A stretch of DNA of 10,290 nt, from contig JBMFRC010000039.1 in the NCBI GenBank assembly GCA_049968235.1, positions 1-10,290 on the forward strand. The letters are read 5' to 3'. The notes below the pieces were generated by a model that saw nothing but the letters and a program-made list of their open reading frames with translations, did not search any database and was not told the DNA's origin. Each line of letters begins with the position of its first letter. Position 1 is the first letter of the stretch. Shown piece by piece: positions 8,048 to 10,290 of the stretch. Source of the stretch: Candidatus Hydrogenedens sp. Lineage in GTDB: Bacteria > Hydrogenedentota > Hydrogenedentia > Hydrogenedentales > Hydrogenedentaceae. Made by a program: the position numbers and the translations under genes.

Positions 8048-9017
8048 GGGTCGCCCTCCTTCTTTCTGTAAGTTCCACTTCGGGTTTCTCCTTTTCTGTT
8101 AAGGTAAGGAAGGTTTCTTCCAAACTCAGAGGTTTTTCAGATAATTCTTTAATAGCCCAACGCTGATTCTGAGCTAACTCATTCAATTCACGCCATATCG
8201 ACACACCTAACTTGCTAATAACAATAAATGAGGAAAATCCATCCTGACTATTTATAAACTGGACCCTCTTTACACCACTAATTCCAGAAATATACTTTTG
8301 AACTTCATTCTGCTCACCTGACACTGTAAACAGATACCGTTCCGAATCTTTGGCTCTATTTCGAAGTTCTTCAATAGTGCCATCTCCGACAATTTTACCC
8401 CGATTAATAATCACTATTCGGTCTGCTGTGGCTTCTACCTCCTGCAAAATATGTGTGGAAAGAATAACAGTTTTATCTTTGGCAAGTTCATCAATAAGAT
8501 GCCGTATTTCTAAAATCTGATGGGGGTCCAAACCGGAGGTAGGTTCATCAAGAATAACTACTTCCGGATCATGAATTAATGCCTGAGCCAGAGCAGTTCG
8601 CTGACGATATCCTTTGGATAATTCACGAATTATCTTACGGAACATCGGTTTTAGCCCACAGGTCTCCACAACCAATTCCATACGATGATTCAACCGGGCT
8701 CCACTTAATCCTCTCGCCTGCCCCACAAACTTCAAATAGGAACTAACTTCCATATCCATATAAAGGGGCAACACTTCAGGAAGGTAGCCAATTACCTGCC
8801 GAACCTTCAATGGGTCCTTGGTTACATCATAACCTGCAACAACAGCCTTACCTGCTGTCGGATACAGATATGTAGTTAATATTTTCATTGTGGTTGATTT
8901 ACCTGCACCATTTGGTCCCAGCAGACCCACAACCTCGCCCTTTCGAACCTCAAAGGAAATGCGGTCTAACGCCACGACAGGACCGTAGTGCATTGTTAAG
9001 TCTGTAACTTGTATCAT
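8040..9017 (-). CDS. ABC transporter ATP-binding protein of the ABC-2 (GldA-like) type with a C-terminal accessory domain; first gene of the operon.
   Basis: 325-aa ORF. Walker A GPNGAGKST; Q-loop YLPE; signature LSKGYRQR; Walker B VVILDEPTSGLD; H-loop LSTHIL. A roughly 100-aa C-terminal extension is typical of GldA/CcmA-like ABC-2 ATPases. SD GGGAG sits about 10 nt upstream of the ATG at 9017. Confidence 0.88.
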   Translation of the reverse strand: MIQVTDLTMHYGPVVALDRISFEVRKGEVVGLLGPNGAGKSTTMKILTTYLYPTAGKAVVAGYDVTKDPLKVRQVIGYLPEVLPLYMDMEVSSYLKFVGQARGLSGARLNHRMELVVETCGLKPMFRKIIRELSKGYRQRTALAQALIHDPEVVILDEPTSGLDPHQILEIRHLIDELAKDKTVILSTHILQEVEATADRIVIINRGKIVGDGTIEELRNRAKDSERYLFTVSGEQNEVQKYISGISGVKRVQFINSQDGFSSFIVISKLGVSIWRELNELAQNQRWAIKELSEKPLSLEETFLTLTEKEKPEVELTERRRATHA

Positions 9018-9081
9018 ACCTTGATACTCCCGTCATTTAGGTTTTGGGATGAAAAAAACAAACTATAAAAATTACTAAAAG

Positions 9082-9124
9082 GAACCTGTCCATCAACACT
9101 TGTCCCCGAAATATACAGGTTCCG
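9082..9124. promoter_or_regulatory. Perfect 9-bp inverted repeat (ggaacctgt ... acaggttcc) with a 25-nt spacer in the promoter/5'UTR region of the ABC operon. It is a candidate operator or RNA stem-loop.
   Basis: 'ggaacctgt' at 9082-9090 and 'acaggttcc' at 9116-9124 are exact reverse complements. The element lies 65-107 nt upstream of the GldA-like start codon on the transcribed (minus) side. Confidence 0.35.
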
Positions 9125-9784
9125 TAATAATAACAAAACATTTTTTAGTAGCAGTCTATAATAATTGATGATAAAAAATATCACATTCCTTTTCATCTCT
9201 TCAAACTTCTATTTACCTTAAACCTTAAATATTTACGCAGTTTCCCTGCCCTAAAACACGATTACCTTAAAAAACGATACTCCCTTATTTAATGTTTACA
9301 AGAAAATCATATTTAACGATAAATTGCATTACTCACCTGTAAACTTATTATCATACCACCTGCCAAAAACCTTTCGATTTATCCCCTCTTATTCCGCCAG
9401 ATTATATCTATCAAACCATGACATTCAATTTATACATCTAAATAAGTCATACTTGTTAGGCAACATTAAGAAGGGGGGTGAGAAAAAGAAGAAACGAGAA
9501 GAGAAACTATTGAGAGTTAAATAGCAAAGCAAAGAAAAACAAAAAATGAAAAAAAAGGTCCGCGATGTAAGGTAAAAGAGATAGAGCAAACAAGTTTTAT
9601 AGATTACGAATTGCCCCATCAGAAACCGACCCGTCGTAGTTGTTTTTTAAGACAGATGCAAGAGGTGATACCAGAGAAAGAATTTGAGCAGAGGTGCATA
9701 GAGAAAGGAGTATATAAACTGAACTGGGGAGAGCGGAAACTTCTGTCCTTACTATTTTTTGCATTGTTGAGCAGTGTATGATAA

Positions 9785-9955
9785 TTTCTCTGTGTTCTCT
9801 TTGCAGGTAATTTGAACGGCGGCGGTAGAACGAATTTTTTTCTCCGTGTATATCTGCGTTCTCTGTGTTTGATTATATTTTTTTCACTACAGAGGACACA
9901 GAGAGGCACGGAGATATTTTTTCTTTTCACTACGGAGAACAAGGAGAGGAGTTAA
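9785..9955. repeat. Cluster of direct and nested inverted repeats built on CTCTGTG/CACAGAG and TCTCCGTG/CACGGAGA cores, inside a >1 kb ORF-less region.
   Basis: Direct repeats with about 4 mismatches over 26 nt: 'ttttcactacagaggacacagagagg' (about 9881-9906) and 'ttttcactacggagaacaaggagagg' (about 9924-9949). Nested inverted repeats: tctccgtg (9841-9848) with cacggaga (9907-9914), and ctctgtgt (9861-9868) with acacagag (9896-9903). There is a further ctctgtgttctct at 9788-9800. Confidence 0.5.
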
Positions 9956-10290
9956 TGAGTTCTTATTTTTGTTTTTTAGCATTTTTGGGTAGAGGGAAAG
10001 TAGCAGGAGGGGAACATTTTAGATAAATAGGATGATTTGAATTGAAATTTATTCTGGTGCATTTCCATACATGCGTGGATTGGGTGTGTCGATAAAAACC
10101 GCCCGTCTGGCAGGACTTTCTATCTGTGTTTTTGTAGATATGGATTTTGCAAATGAATGCGAAGGATTTTTTCATCTATCAATTCTTTTTTTCTGTCTCT
10201 CTGGTCCCATAATACGGATACGATAGTTATACACATATTTGCCCCCATGGAGGACAGTATTAATTAAACCTTTGTTTCCTGTTTCCCCCC

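Noticed and set aside
9014-9196. 60-aa minus-strand ORF whose TGA overlaps the GldA-like ATG (ATGA), suggesting a coupled upstream leader ORF
   Set aside because: The product MKRNVIFFIINYYRLLLKNVLLLLRNLYIS... is AT-rich low-complexity. It has no convincing SD, only a weak GAAG/AAGG at 8-17 nt. It would also cover the region where the operon promoter and the 9-bp inverted repeat must lie. It is more likely a chance ORF in AT-rich leader DNA. It is kept only as a remote possibility of a uORF.
9785-9955. Possible CRISPR array
   Set aside because: Only two to three imperfect repeat copies, irregular spacing, inverted as well as direct orientation, and no cas genes in the window. This is not CRISPR-like.
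9324-10175. ORFs 9324-9524 (+), 9425-9619 (-), 9619-9942 (-) and 9963-10175 (-)
   Set aside because: They are mutually overlapping. Their products are dominated by K/R/E (purine tract) or F/L/S/C (its complement). They have no RBSs and no motifs. This is consistent with a non-coding region.

Overview
AT-rich bacterial chromosomal window (GC judged by eye at under 40%, not computed). Genes with recognisable start sites use strong Shine-Dalgarno sequences (AGGAGG, AAGGAGGG, GGGAG), which argues against a Bacteroidetes host. I count five protein-coding genes. (1) 1-2110 (-) runs off the window start. It encodes a secreted protein: a Sec signal peptide, then two tandem GLUG-motif modules (Pfam GLUG, as in IgA1-protease-like surface proteins), then an acidic E/G-rich tandem-repeat tail. 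The six-frame track omits it because it has no in-window stop. I translated the whole reverse strand by hand and the frame is open from 2110 down to base 2. (2) 2309-3316 (+) is a solitary OppD/DppD-family oligopeptide-type ABC ATPase with the Cys-containing C-terminal domain. No permease or binding-protein partner is in the window. (3-5) A minus-strand, translationally coupled operon spans 9017 to 3408: a GldA-like ABC ATPase, a fused ABC-2 permease plus GldG-like auxiliary protein (843 aa), and a DUF4340 membrane-anchored protein. This is a widespread conserved ABC system of unknown substrate. Upstream of that operon, from about 9200 to 10290, lies more than 1 kb with no credible ORF. It holds a purine-rich tract and a cluster of direct and nested inverted repeats around 9785-9955, and a 9-bp perfect inverted repeat sits in the operon's promoter/5'UTR region. 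Other repeats are a 54-nt coding tandem repeat at the DUF4340 3' end and 24/66-nt tandem repeats in the GLUG gene tail. All other ORFs in the supplied track appear to be antisense or low-complexity artefacts. I see no rRNA, tRNA, CRISPR array or recognisable mobile element.
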